Below, piece after piece: positions 9,169-17,088 of a DNA stretch of 54,865 nt. Origin of the DNA: Prochloron sp. SulCav_FS08_3_32_3330. GTDB lineage: Bacteria; Cyanobacteriota; Cyanobacteriia; Cyanobacteriales; DYNF01. Position numbers and translations under genes: made by a program. Each line of letters begins with the position of its first letter. Position 1 is the stretch's first letter. The notes beneath the pieces were generated by a model that did no database searches, was not told the DNA's origin, and worked only from the letters and a program-made list of their open reading frames with translations. The stretch is taken from contig DYNF01000010.1 of NCBI GenBank assembly GCA_020721205.1, forward strand, positions 1-54,865, read 5' to 3'.

Positions 9169-10038
9169 TTATAACACTCCCATATCCTTAAAACAACGAC
9201 GAGTTAATTCAATCCGATAAGCGGGATCATTTTCGTTACGAATATCAATATTTGTCGCAAAAAAATAAACTTTTTCCCCCCTTTCCACATAACCCACATA
9301 CCAACCAATATTAGGTATTTCCTCATTACCAAAACCATACCAACCAGTTTTAGCCCTAATAGTATAATCAGGGGTTTTTTCACTAATCATAATATCTTTA
9401 ACAATAGACATTGTACGATCAGAAAAAGGTAAATTATTCTCATACAAACGCTGTAAAAAATCAATTTGTGCTTGAGGAGTAATTTGTAAATTTCCATTTA
9501 ACCAAAATTGATCAATATCCTCTTTTTTTCCAATATTTTGATTACCATAACTCACTTTTGTGAGCCATTCCTGCATTTTATCATAACCTACTCGTCTAGC
9601 TAAAACTTGATAAAACCATACACCAGAGACCTTAAAAGCCTCTCTTAAATTCAAATCTCGATTCCATGTCGGCAGATCTCTTGTAATACCATCCCAAGTT
9701 AAAACCGCAATTTCATCCTCAATAACCTCCGTTTCTAAAGCAATTAAAGAATTAAGAATTTTAAAAGTGGAAGCAGTAGGAAAAGACGTTATATTACGTT
9801 GAGGATTATGTTGAAAAATACGGTCATTTTTTAAGTCATAAATAATAATTGATCCTTCCACATTTAACTCCTGAAAATGTCTGGAAAAATCAAGATTTTG
9901 AGCAACTTCTAAAGTAGGAAAAATATCCCTTTCAGACTTGCCTATAGAAAAAGCAGATTTTGCTGTTTCAACTAATATTAAATTAGCAGAAATTAAGCAA
10001 ATCAAAGTAAATTTAGTTAAGACCAATATTTTATTCAT
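9169..10038 (-). CDS. Class D (OXA-type) beta-lactamase-like protein with signal peptide
   Basis: 289 aa with a hydrophobic N-terminus. Motifs are S-T-F-K (STFKILNS), S-x-V (SGV), Y-G-N (SYGNQN) and K-T-G-W (AKTGWYG). There is no BlaR1-type membrane/protease region. Confidence 0.7.
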   Translation of the reverse strand: MNKILVLTKFTLICLISANLILVETAKSAFSIGKSERDIFPTLEVAQNLDFSRHFQELNVEGSIIIYDLKNDRIFQHNPQRNITSFPTASTFKILNSLIALETEVIEDEIAVLTWDGITRDLPTWNRDLNLREAFKVSGVWFYQVLARRVGYDKMQEWLTKVSYGNQNIGKKEDIDQFWLNGNLQITPQAQIDFLQRLYENNLPFSDRTMSIVKDIMISEKTPDYTIRAKTGWYGFGNEEIPNIGWYVGYVERGEKVYFFATNIDIRNENDPAYRIELTRRCFKDMGVL

Positions 10039-10064
10039 TTTATTTTTAGTAAACTAATTAATTT

Positions 10065-10123
10065 AGGTTTGTTGTTGGGCTTTAGCACCATCTAATTATA
10101 GTGCTAAAGCCCAACAACAAACC
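10065..10123. repeat. Palindromic repeat unit (GTTGTTG-GCTTTAGCAC family) forming a perfect ~23-bp stem hairpin
   Basis: ggtttgttgttgggctttagcac - catctaattata - gtgctaaagcccaacaacaaacc. Relatives lie at 14070-14112, 19749-19806, 31886-32138, 35868-36104, 51725-51760 (half) and 54639-54865. Confidence 0.75.
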
Positions 10124-10156
10124 TACATTTATTTAATTATGCTCAAAAGCAAATCC

Positions 10157-13100
10157 TCATAAAACTCTAAAAAAGTTTTCCGCCAATCCAGCGATATGAG
10201 TAGCCTGATCAAGCCCATTGATAACCCTTCTGGCATTATAAAAGTCTCGCATTGACCCATTAACATATTGACTCAGACGACGACTCGTAAAAGTACCATC
10301 ACGCATTCCTAAAACTAGGATTTTAGCAGAAATAGCATAATCAGTGGCTTTATCAGGATAATTCACCAGATCAATCCCTAAACGCTTAGACCAATCAGTA
10401 TAATTACGTCGTCCCGTAATTTGGACAAAACCTCGACCTTTATAGCGTGGTCCATCTCCAGCGTTAATATTGCCTAAATCCCGCCGTCCCTCGTACGCTT
10501 GACCCGTCGCAAATTCTACCATCCATTGCCCCAAACGAGACTCATGTTGAGCCGTTGCTAAAATATACGCAATTTGTCCCTTATCTACAATATTATATTT
10601 CTGTGTTTCTTGTAGAATTAAAGGAATAGATTGAGAGGCATAGCGTTTAATAGTAGCATTAGTAATAACTTTTATAAGATTATTAACAAGATTAAGATTA
10701 CTAAATTGGCGGAAAGGAAAATAAGTATTAATCGGTTTTTGAGCTAATAAAGACCAAGTTTGTTTCCCGACAATACCATCAGGGTTTAATTTATTATTTT
10801 TTTGAAAAGTTTTAACGGCGGTTTCAGTAGCTTTACCAAATAAACCATCTATTATCTTAATTAAATTATATTGTTTTAATAAAGTTTGTAAAGATTTCAC
10901 TTCATTAATTAACTCAGGAAAATCAATCCCATCTTGAAGTTTTAAAACAGGTTTAACGATTGCTTTTCCATCAATTAAACTTTCTAAAAATTGCCAAGTT
11001 TTCTCTCCAATCACCCCATCAGGAGTTAAATTTTGAGTTTGTTGAAAAGTTTTAACAGCCTTTTCTGTTTCCGCACCAAATAAACCATCTATTAAAGTAT
11101 TTTCAGGTAAAAAATGATAGGTTTTTAACATAGTTTGTAACTTTTTAACCACATCTTTTAATTCAGGAGTTTTAATCCCATCTCCTAATTTTAAAACAGG
11201 ATATTTATTAATCACAGGAGTTGTCACCACAGGAGATTTAATCGGAGTAGTAGGGGGAGTTAAAACAGGAGGATTTTGTTGCAAAAATTGCCATGTTTTT
11301 TGTCCCACAATACCATCAGCTACTAAATTTTTACTCTTTTGAAATTCTTTAACAGCACTGTCTGTACTTTTCCAAAATAGTCCATCTATAATCGTATTTT
11401 TTGGTAAAAATTGATGTTTTTGTAACAGAATTTGTAACTGTTTTACCGCCTCTTTTAAGTTAGGGGTATCAATCCCATCTTTAAATTTTAAAATAGGGTA
11501 TTTATTGACAGAATTATTAATAACAGGAGGAGGAGAAATAGGAGGTTGAATTTGAGGAATAGAGGGCGGATTTTTTTCTAATAATTCCCATGTTTTTTGT
11601 CCCACAATACCATCAACTACTAAATTTTTACTCTTTTGAAAAGCTTTAACACCTTCCTCTGTGGCTTTCCAAAATAATCCATCTATAACAGTATTTTGAT
11701 GTAAACTATTCCATTTTTTTAATAAAGTTTGTAATTTTTTTACATCCTCTTTCAGATTAGGAGTATCAATCCCATCTCTTAATTTTAAAACAGGATATTT
11801 TTTCGCAGAAATAGAAGGAGTATTAACCGGATTTTTTGCTAAAGTTTTCCCTGTTTTTTCGCCTAACTTTTCTAAAGCATTCCAAGTGATCTTAGCGACA
11901 ATTCCATCTACTAATAAATTTTGACTTTTTTGTAATGCTTTAACGGCGGTTTCTGTTTTATGCCAAAATAAACCATCAATTAAAGCATCTTGAGGTAAAA
12001 ATTTATATTGTTTAAGGAGAGTTTGTAAATATTTTACTTCTTCTTTTAAGGTTATATTATAAATACCATCTCCTAATTTTAAAGTGGAATGTTTTTTAGT
12101 TGAAGACACATTAAAACCGATCATTTTAGGCGGATTTTCTTGACTTAAATTTTCCAGATTAGGATTAATTTCCTCCTCTTTTATTTGAGGAGTAAATATT
12201 TTTTCAGAAGGTACACTTTCTAACTTAGTTTTAGGAGTAACATTTTCTTCACTTTCTAAAACTTCTAAATTTTGAGAAAAAGTAGATAAATTATTAGATA
12301 AATTATTAGAAGTTTGTAAGCCTTCTAAAGCCATCCAAGTATCTTGATTAACAATCCCATCCACAGTTAAATTATTTCTTTGTTGAAAAATTTTAACCGC
12401 CCCTTCTGTTTCACGCCAAAATAAACCATTAACTTCCAGATCAATCCCTAATATTCCCCATTCTTGTAACAAAGTTTGTAAATATTTTACTTCATCTTGT
12501 AACTCAGGAGTATCTATACCAGAACCTAACTTTAAAGTTAAATGATTTTTCCGATTAATCTCATTAATCTCATTAATTTCGATAGTTTGATTAGTTAAAA
12601 TAACCGGATTTTGACTAACATTTTCTTCCTTTAATAAACCTTGTTGAAAACCAAATTGATTTTGTTCATTTTCTGGATTAATTTCTGAGATTAATTCCTG
12701 ATCTTCTTTATTTTCTAAAGCCCTCCAAGTCTCAGGATTAACTATCCCATTATCAGGTAAATTTTTACTTTTTTGAAAAGCTTTAACTCCTTCTTCTGTT
12801 TCTTGCCAAAATAAACCATCAATAAAGGAATTTTCAGGAAAAAAGCCCTGATTTTGTAATAATGTTTGTAATTTTTTTACTTCTTCTTGTAATTCTGGTG
12901 TATTTAAACCATCTCCTTTTTTTAAATTAGGATAGGAAATATTTTTATAAGAATTAATTAGATTAAGATCAATATTTTTAATTTCTTCATTAGAGTTATA
13001 ATTAGAATTAGAATCAGGAAGATTAACTATTTCTAACTCGGTTATTTTTTCCTTAATTAAAATCGGCTCATTTTGGACTTCAATCGTTTCAATATTAGTT

Positions 13101-14029
13101 AAATTATCGGGAATAATTCTATTTTCTAAAACTTGCCAAATTTCTCGATTAACAATCCCTGTTTCCCCTAAATTACGACTTTTTTGTAATTCTTTAATCG
13201 CCGTTTCTGTTTCTGTCCAGAAAAAACCATCTAAGGAGAAATTTTGTGCCAAAAATCCTTGTTTTTGTAATAATTCTTGTAAATATTTTACTTCCCCTTG
13301 TAAATGAGGAGTATTAAGTCCATCTCCTATTTCTAAACTAGGATATTGACTTTCAAATTGATTAATATTTTGATTAATATTCATAGTTTCAGTCCCATTA
13401 ATAGATGAAGAAATAGAAAAATTTTGATTAGGAGAAATCTGATTAGTTTCAATTTTTTCCTCAATCATAGATTGAATAACTTGACTTTCTAAACTCTGCC
13501 AAGTTTGTTCATTTACGATCCCATTTTGTAATAAATTATGACTTTTTTGAAATTCTTTAACCGCTAAGTCGGTTTTTTGCCAAAATAAACCATCTGTTAA
13601 AGAATTTTTCTCTAAAAATTTCTGCTCTTTTAATAAAGTTTGTAAATATTTTACCTCATCTTGTAACTCAGGAGTATTAATCCCATCTCCTAATTTTAAA
13701 ATATGATGTTTACTCGACTTATTACTTGCCGAATAATCAATTAAATTAGCAAATTTTGGTTCATTTTTTACCGTAGAAATAAGATTAGAATAAGACTCTA
13801 AAAAAGTCCAAGTTTGTTCCCCCACAACTCCATCTGTTGTTAAATTTTTACTATTTTGAAAAGCGATCACCGCTCTTTCCGTTATCTTGCCAAATAAACC
13901 ATCAATGAGGGCATTTTCTGGTAAAAAACTTCCGGCTTTTAATAAAGTTTGAAGTTCTTGCACATCTTTTTTAAATTCTGGAGTTTCAAAGCCGCTACCA
14001 ATTCTTAAAATAGGTTTTTTATTAGTCAT
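10157..14029 (-). CDS. Giant cell-wall hydrolase-like protein: about 10 tandem peptidoglycan-binding (PG_binding_1-type) repeats followed by a C-terminal GH19 (chitinase/lysozyme-like) catalytic domain
   Basis: 1290 aa. Repeats follow L-K/R-x-G-D-G-I-x-T-P-E-L-x-x-x-V-K-x-L-Q-x-L-L...D-G-L-F-W-x-x-T-x-x-A-V-K-x-F-Q-K-S-x-N-L-x-x-D-G-I-V. C-terminal domain has AQHESRLG (GH19 H-E-S/T acid), a second Glu about 14 residues on and RYKGRGFVQITGRRNY matching GH19 GRGPIQL(T/S)WNYNY. No obvious signal peptide. Confidence 0.7.
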   Translation of the reverse strand: MTNKKPILRIGSGFETPEFKKDVQELQTLLKAGSFLPENALIDGLFGKITERAVIAFQNSKNLTTDGVVGEQTWTFLESYSNLISTVKNEPKFANLIDYSASNKSSKHHILKLGDGINTPELQDEVKYLQTLLKEQKFLEKNSLTDGLFWQKTDLAVKEFQKSHNLLQNGIVNEQTWQSLESQVIQSMIEEKIETNQISPNQNFSISSSINGTETMNINQNINQFESQYPSLEIGDGLNTPHLQGEVKYLQELLQKQGFLAQNFSLDGFFWTETETAIKELQKSRNLGETGIVNREIWQVLENRIIPDNLTNIETIEVQNEPILIKEKITELEIVNLPDSNSNYNSNEEIKNIDLNLINSYKNISYPNLKKGDGLNTPELQEEVKKLQTLLQNQGFFPENSFIDGLFWQETEEGVKAFQKSKNLPDNGIVNPETWRALENKEDQELISEINPENEQNQFGFQQGLLKEENVSQNPVILTNQTIEINEINEINRKNHLTLKLGSGIDTPELQDEVKYLQTLLQEWGILGIDLEVNGLFWRETEGAVKIFQQRNNLTVDGIVNQDTWMALEGLQTSNNLSNNLSTFSQNLEVLESEENVTPKTKLESVPSEKIFTPQIKEEEINPNLENLSQENPPKMIGFNVSSTKKHSTLKLGDGIYNITLKEEVKYLQTLLKQYKFLPQDALIDGLFWHKTETAVKALQKSQNLLVDGIVAKITWNALEKLGEKTGKTLAKNPVNTPSISAKKYPVLKLRDGIDTPNLKEDVKKLQTLLKKWNSLHQNTVIDGLFWKATEEGVKAFQKSKNLVVDGIVGQKTWELLEKNPPSIPQIQPPISPPPVINNSVNKYPILKFKDGIDTPNLKEAVKQLQILLQKHQFLPKNTIIDGLFWKSTDSAVKEFQKSKNLVADGIVGQKTWQFLQQNPPVLTPPTTPIKSPVVTTPVINKYPVLKLGDGIKTPELKDVVKKLQTMLKTYHFLPENTLIDGLFGAETEKAVKTFQQTQNLTPDGVIGEKTWQFLESLIDGKAIVKPVLKLQDGIDFPELINEVKSLQTLLKQYNLIKIIDGLFGKATETAVKTFQKNNKLNPDGIVGKQTWSLLAQKPINTYFPFRQFSNLNLVNNLIKVITNATIKRYASQSIPLILQETQKYNIVDKGQIAYILATAQHESRLGQWMVEFATGQAYEGRRDLGNINAGDGPRYKGRGFVQITGRRNYTDWSKRLGIDLVNYPDKATDYAISAKILVLGMRDGTFTSRRLSQYVNGSMRDFYNARRVINGLDQATHIAGLAENFFRVL

Positions 14030-14069
14030 CTTTATATTTTTTAAGAGAAAATATTGAAGTTTTAATTAA

Positions 14070-14112
14070 AGTTTATTGTTAGACTTTAGCACTCAAGATA
14101 CAACAACAAACT
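14070..14112. repeat. Degenerate copy of the palindromic GCTTTAGCAC repeat family
   Basis: gtttattgttagactttagcac-tcaagat-acaacaacaaac. Confidence 0.4.
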
Positions 14113-14138
14113 TCACAACAATTTAATTATACTATGAA

Positions 14139-14545
14139 TTAATCAGATACAATTATTGTACCGATCATTCCTGCCTCTGTATGTCCTGCTACTTTACATC
14201 TTAAAGGATAAGTTCCTTTCATCCCCACATTTCCCACCTCAACTTTTTGCGTCCAAATGCGATCGGCAAATTCTCTGGCGTAAAATAATGTTTCGTGGGG
14301 CTAGGATTGTCTAATAATAATTTATATTTTTGCCCCACTACAAATTTTAACTCATTTGGGACAAATTTTAATTCCCCAAAAGGTGTTCCCAGATGAACTT
14401 TTACCTCTACTATCTCTTGATTCGGTGCGATCGCATTAACGGCTTGAGCATCAGGAAAGGAAATAATACAGTAGCAAAAAATACTTATAAGTATTAGAAT
14501 TAAAAAAGATGAAAGTTTTTTCTTCATCCCTAGGAATGGATCCAT
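14139..14545 (-). pseudogene. Type-1 copper protein (cupredoxin; plastocyanin/amicyanin-like) split by a +1/-1 frameshift
   Basis: ORF 14219-14545 encodes a signal peptide plus N-terminal cupredoxin half (...NPSPTKHYF...) ending ...LRWEMWG stop. An adjacent frame continues MKGTYPLRCKVAGHTEAGMIGTIIVSD stop (to 14139) with the Cys-x2-His-x4-Met copper ligands. The junction is at a GGGG run (14222-14226). Combined length of about 133 aa fits a cupredoxin. Confidence 0.55.
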
Positions 14546-15061
14546 AATGACTTAATTCTCCTTTAAGAAAGAAAGTAATCTTATTACTAATTTTAATTAA
14601 GAATTAGTCTTAATGTCCAATTTTTTACTTAATTTTGTTTGAGTAAGGGAACAAGATACTTTGATCCCTAATCAAACAAAGTTTTGCACAATCAGAAGAT
14701 TTCTGTCATCATAAACTTATTCTTTTTTTGATAAATTTGATGAATAAATCTAGTTAAATCTAGGTTTAAGTATCAAAAGGATCGAAAGTTAAAGGATTAA
14801 CTAATAAATGAGTTTAAATTTAAAATAATAAGCAATCTAAAATTTTAAGAAAAGCTTAAGAATAACTCTAATTAGATTTAATCTTTTATACTTGAGGATC
14901 GTTAACTTTGCTTGGATAAGCAATACCAACAAATAATTAAAGCCTTTTTGCTAGTTCAAGAAGGTAGGTAAGATAGAACCTGATAACACCGTAAAGTTTA
15001 GATTTTTCTAAATTTTACTGAGTTAAAATCTATTGGTACAATTATATGGTTAAGAACATAC

Positions 15062-15898
15062 ATGACTGTAGCTACCTATGATACGGAACGGGAACTTGAC
15101 TGGACAAATATATTTTACGTCATTGGAATGCACGCTTTCGCTTTACTCGCTTTTATTCCCGGAACTTTTAGTTGGAAAGCAGTGGGAGTTGCATTATTAT
15201 TCCATTGGATAACGGGCGGACTGGGTGTGACTTTAGGACTACATCGCCTTCTTTCTCACCGCAGTTTTGATGTCCCCAAATGGCTAGAATACTTTTTTGC
15301 CTTCTGTGCGACTTTAGCCTGTCAAGGTCAACTTTTCAACTGGGTCGGACTTCATCGTTTACATCACAAATATTCTGATCAACCGACACCCTTGGATCCC
15401 CATAACTCAATGAAAGGTTTTTGGTGGAGTCATATCGGCTGGATGTTTTTCAAATATCCAGAACCAGAACTGATTAAACGCTTAACACAGGATATAAATG
15501 AAGATCCTTTCTATAAATTCTGTGACACTTATTTTGTCTTGATCCAAAGCGTATTAGCTGTTCTTCTCTATTTATGGGGATCATGGCCATTTGTGATCTG
15601 GGGCATTTTTGTGCGCTTAGTGGTGGTTTTCCATTGTACTTGGTTTATCAACAGTGGAACTCATCAATTTGGTTATCAAACTTATCCTGAATCTAATGAT
15701 AACTCTAAAAATTGTTGGTGGATTGCTTTATTAACCTACGGTGAAGGTTGGCACAATAATCATCATGCTTATCAATATTCTGCTCGTCACGGTTGGAAAT
15801 GGTGGGAACTAGATATTACTTGGATGACGATTTCCTTGTTAAAATCTTTAGGTTTAGCCACTAATGTAAAAATGGCTCCTGTGATTGGGAAAGAATAA
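15062..15898 (+). CDS. desC: Acyl-lipid delta-9 fatty acid desaturase
   Basis: 278 aa with three His boxes: HRLLSH, HRLHHKYSD and HNNHHAY. Four TM segments are present. Confidence 0.85.
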   Translation: MTVATYDTERELDWTNIFYVIGMHAFALLAFIPGTFSWKAVGVALLFHWITGGLGVTLGLHRLLSHRSFDVPKWLEYFFAFCATLACQGQLFNWVGLHRLHHKYSDQPTPLDPHNSMKGFWWSHIGWMFFKYPEPELIKRLTQDINEDPFYKFCDTYFVLIQSVLAVLLYLWGSWPFVIWGIFVRLVVVFHCTWFINSGTHQFGYQTYPESNDNSKNCWWIALLTYGEGWHNNHHAYQYSARHGWKWWELDITWMTISLLKSLGLATNVKMAPVIGKE

Positions 15899-15931
15899 AT
15901 TATAGCTTTTTTTTAAAACAGTAATAAAAAA

Positions 15932-15977
15932 GAAAAAAAACCTGATTTCGTCAAGAGATCGGGTTTTTTTCTTTTTT
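15932..15977 (+). terminator. Rho-independent terminator after desC (A-tract / hairpin / T-tract, potentially bidirectional)
   Basis: aaaaaaaacctgatttcgtcaagagatcgggtttttttcttttttaaa: stem cctgat/atcggg with one G-U pair, then a T-run. Confidence 0.5.
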
Positions 15978-16020
15978 AAATAAATACTTAGAGATTGTTT
16001 AAAAAGTATCAATATTTTAT

Positions 16021-16419
16021 TTAAGATAAGTTTAAATATTCTAAAATTAATAATCGTAAATAATCTAACATCCGTAAATAAGATTTAATATTCGGATATG
16101 AAGAAGAATTATGAAAATAAAATTGAGCAATTATGGGAATTTCAAACAAAAGCATTTGTTGTAATATTTCAACAGTTTGTTGTGGATTTTCTATATAATC
16201 TTTAAATTTAATTTGACTAGCATAACCCCGCAGATCTGTCGTTAATAATTCAATTTCTTCTAATAAACTAAATTCATCATCAGATGTAGAAAATTCAGAA
16301 CTAATTAATTTTCGTTCAGATTTAGTATTTTGATAATCAATAGTTAGTTGATCTAATAATTGAATGATGTAATTTTTGGTTAATTCAGGTTGAAGATTAG
16401 TAATAGTTGTTTTAATCAT
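16021..16419 (-). CDS. Hypothetical acidic protein (about 132 aa from MIKTT...), second gene of an overlapping pair
   Basis: The ORF track gives 144 aa from 16455. The internal ATG at 16419 overlaps the stop of the upstream gene (ATGATTAA), suggesting translational coupling. Acidic stretch is SDDEFSLLEEIELL. Confidence 0.4.
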   Translation of the reverse strand: MIKTTITNLQPELTKNYIIQLLDQLTIDYQNTKSERKLISSEFSTSDDEFSLLEEIELLTTDLRGYASQIKFKDYIENPQQTVEILQQMLLFEIPIIAQFYFHNSSSYPNIKSYLRMLDYLRLLILEYLNLS

Positions 16420-16747
16420 AATTAATACCATAAGTAACAATTTTTTCAAGACCAAATTGATCTAAACGAACAATTAAATACTCATTTCCCTTCCGATAAA
16501 CGGCTGATCCATCTCGACGAAAACCTATTTTTGGGACTCTTGTTGTTCCTTTTTTCTTAAAATTATGTGCTTTGCGAAGCAATTTTAAGGGATCAAGTTG
16601 TTTTCTTTTAGCATGGTCTAAAATATTATGGGAAACGCTAATATAACTAGCTTGATTCCACTCAGTTAAATATTGCTTAATTTCAGCAATTTCTGAAGAT
16701 TGATAACCTTGACAGAGTTGTTCAAAAAATGGATCGTCATTTAACAT
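16412..16747 (-). CDS. Hypothetical basic protein (111 aa), first gene of the overlapping pair
   Basis: Lys/Arg-rich C-terminal half (KRKQLDPLKLLRKAHNFKKKGTTRVPKIGFRRDG...). No family recognised by eye. Confidence 0.45.
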   Translation of the reverse strand: MLNDDPFFEQLCQGYQSSEIAEIKQYLTEWNQASYISVSHNILDHAKRKQLDPLKLLRKAHNFKKKGTTRVPKIGFRRDGSAVYRKGNEYLIVRLDQFGLEKIVTYGINYD

Positions 16748-17088
16748 TATTATATAACTTAATTCCTCTTTTTTATTTTACTTGATCAATTATTGATCAT
16801 AAGTTATTGATTTTACATTTATATTAATATAAACCAATTAAATAAGCATTAGGAAGATTAGGATTTCCTGTTTCATATTGATCTATTTTTGTTATGAATA
16901 GTTGCTATCGTCAAGTAAAAATTGCTCAAAAACTTCATTATCTTTTTGGTCAAGTGAGCGGTACAATCAGGATAATACCATGAAAATAGTAAATGATAAT
17001 TCTCTACCAAAACTTATTAATAATTCCTGAAAAGATATGTTAGTGTAGAAATGAAGATTTAGATCCGCAAAGAAAGGAAATTAAAATT

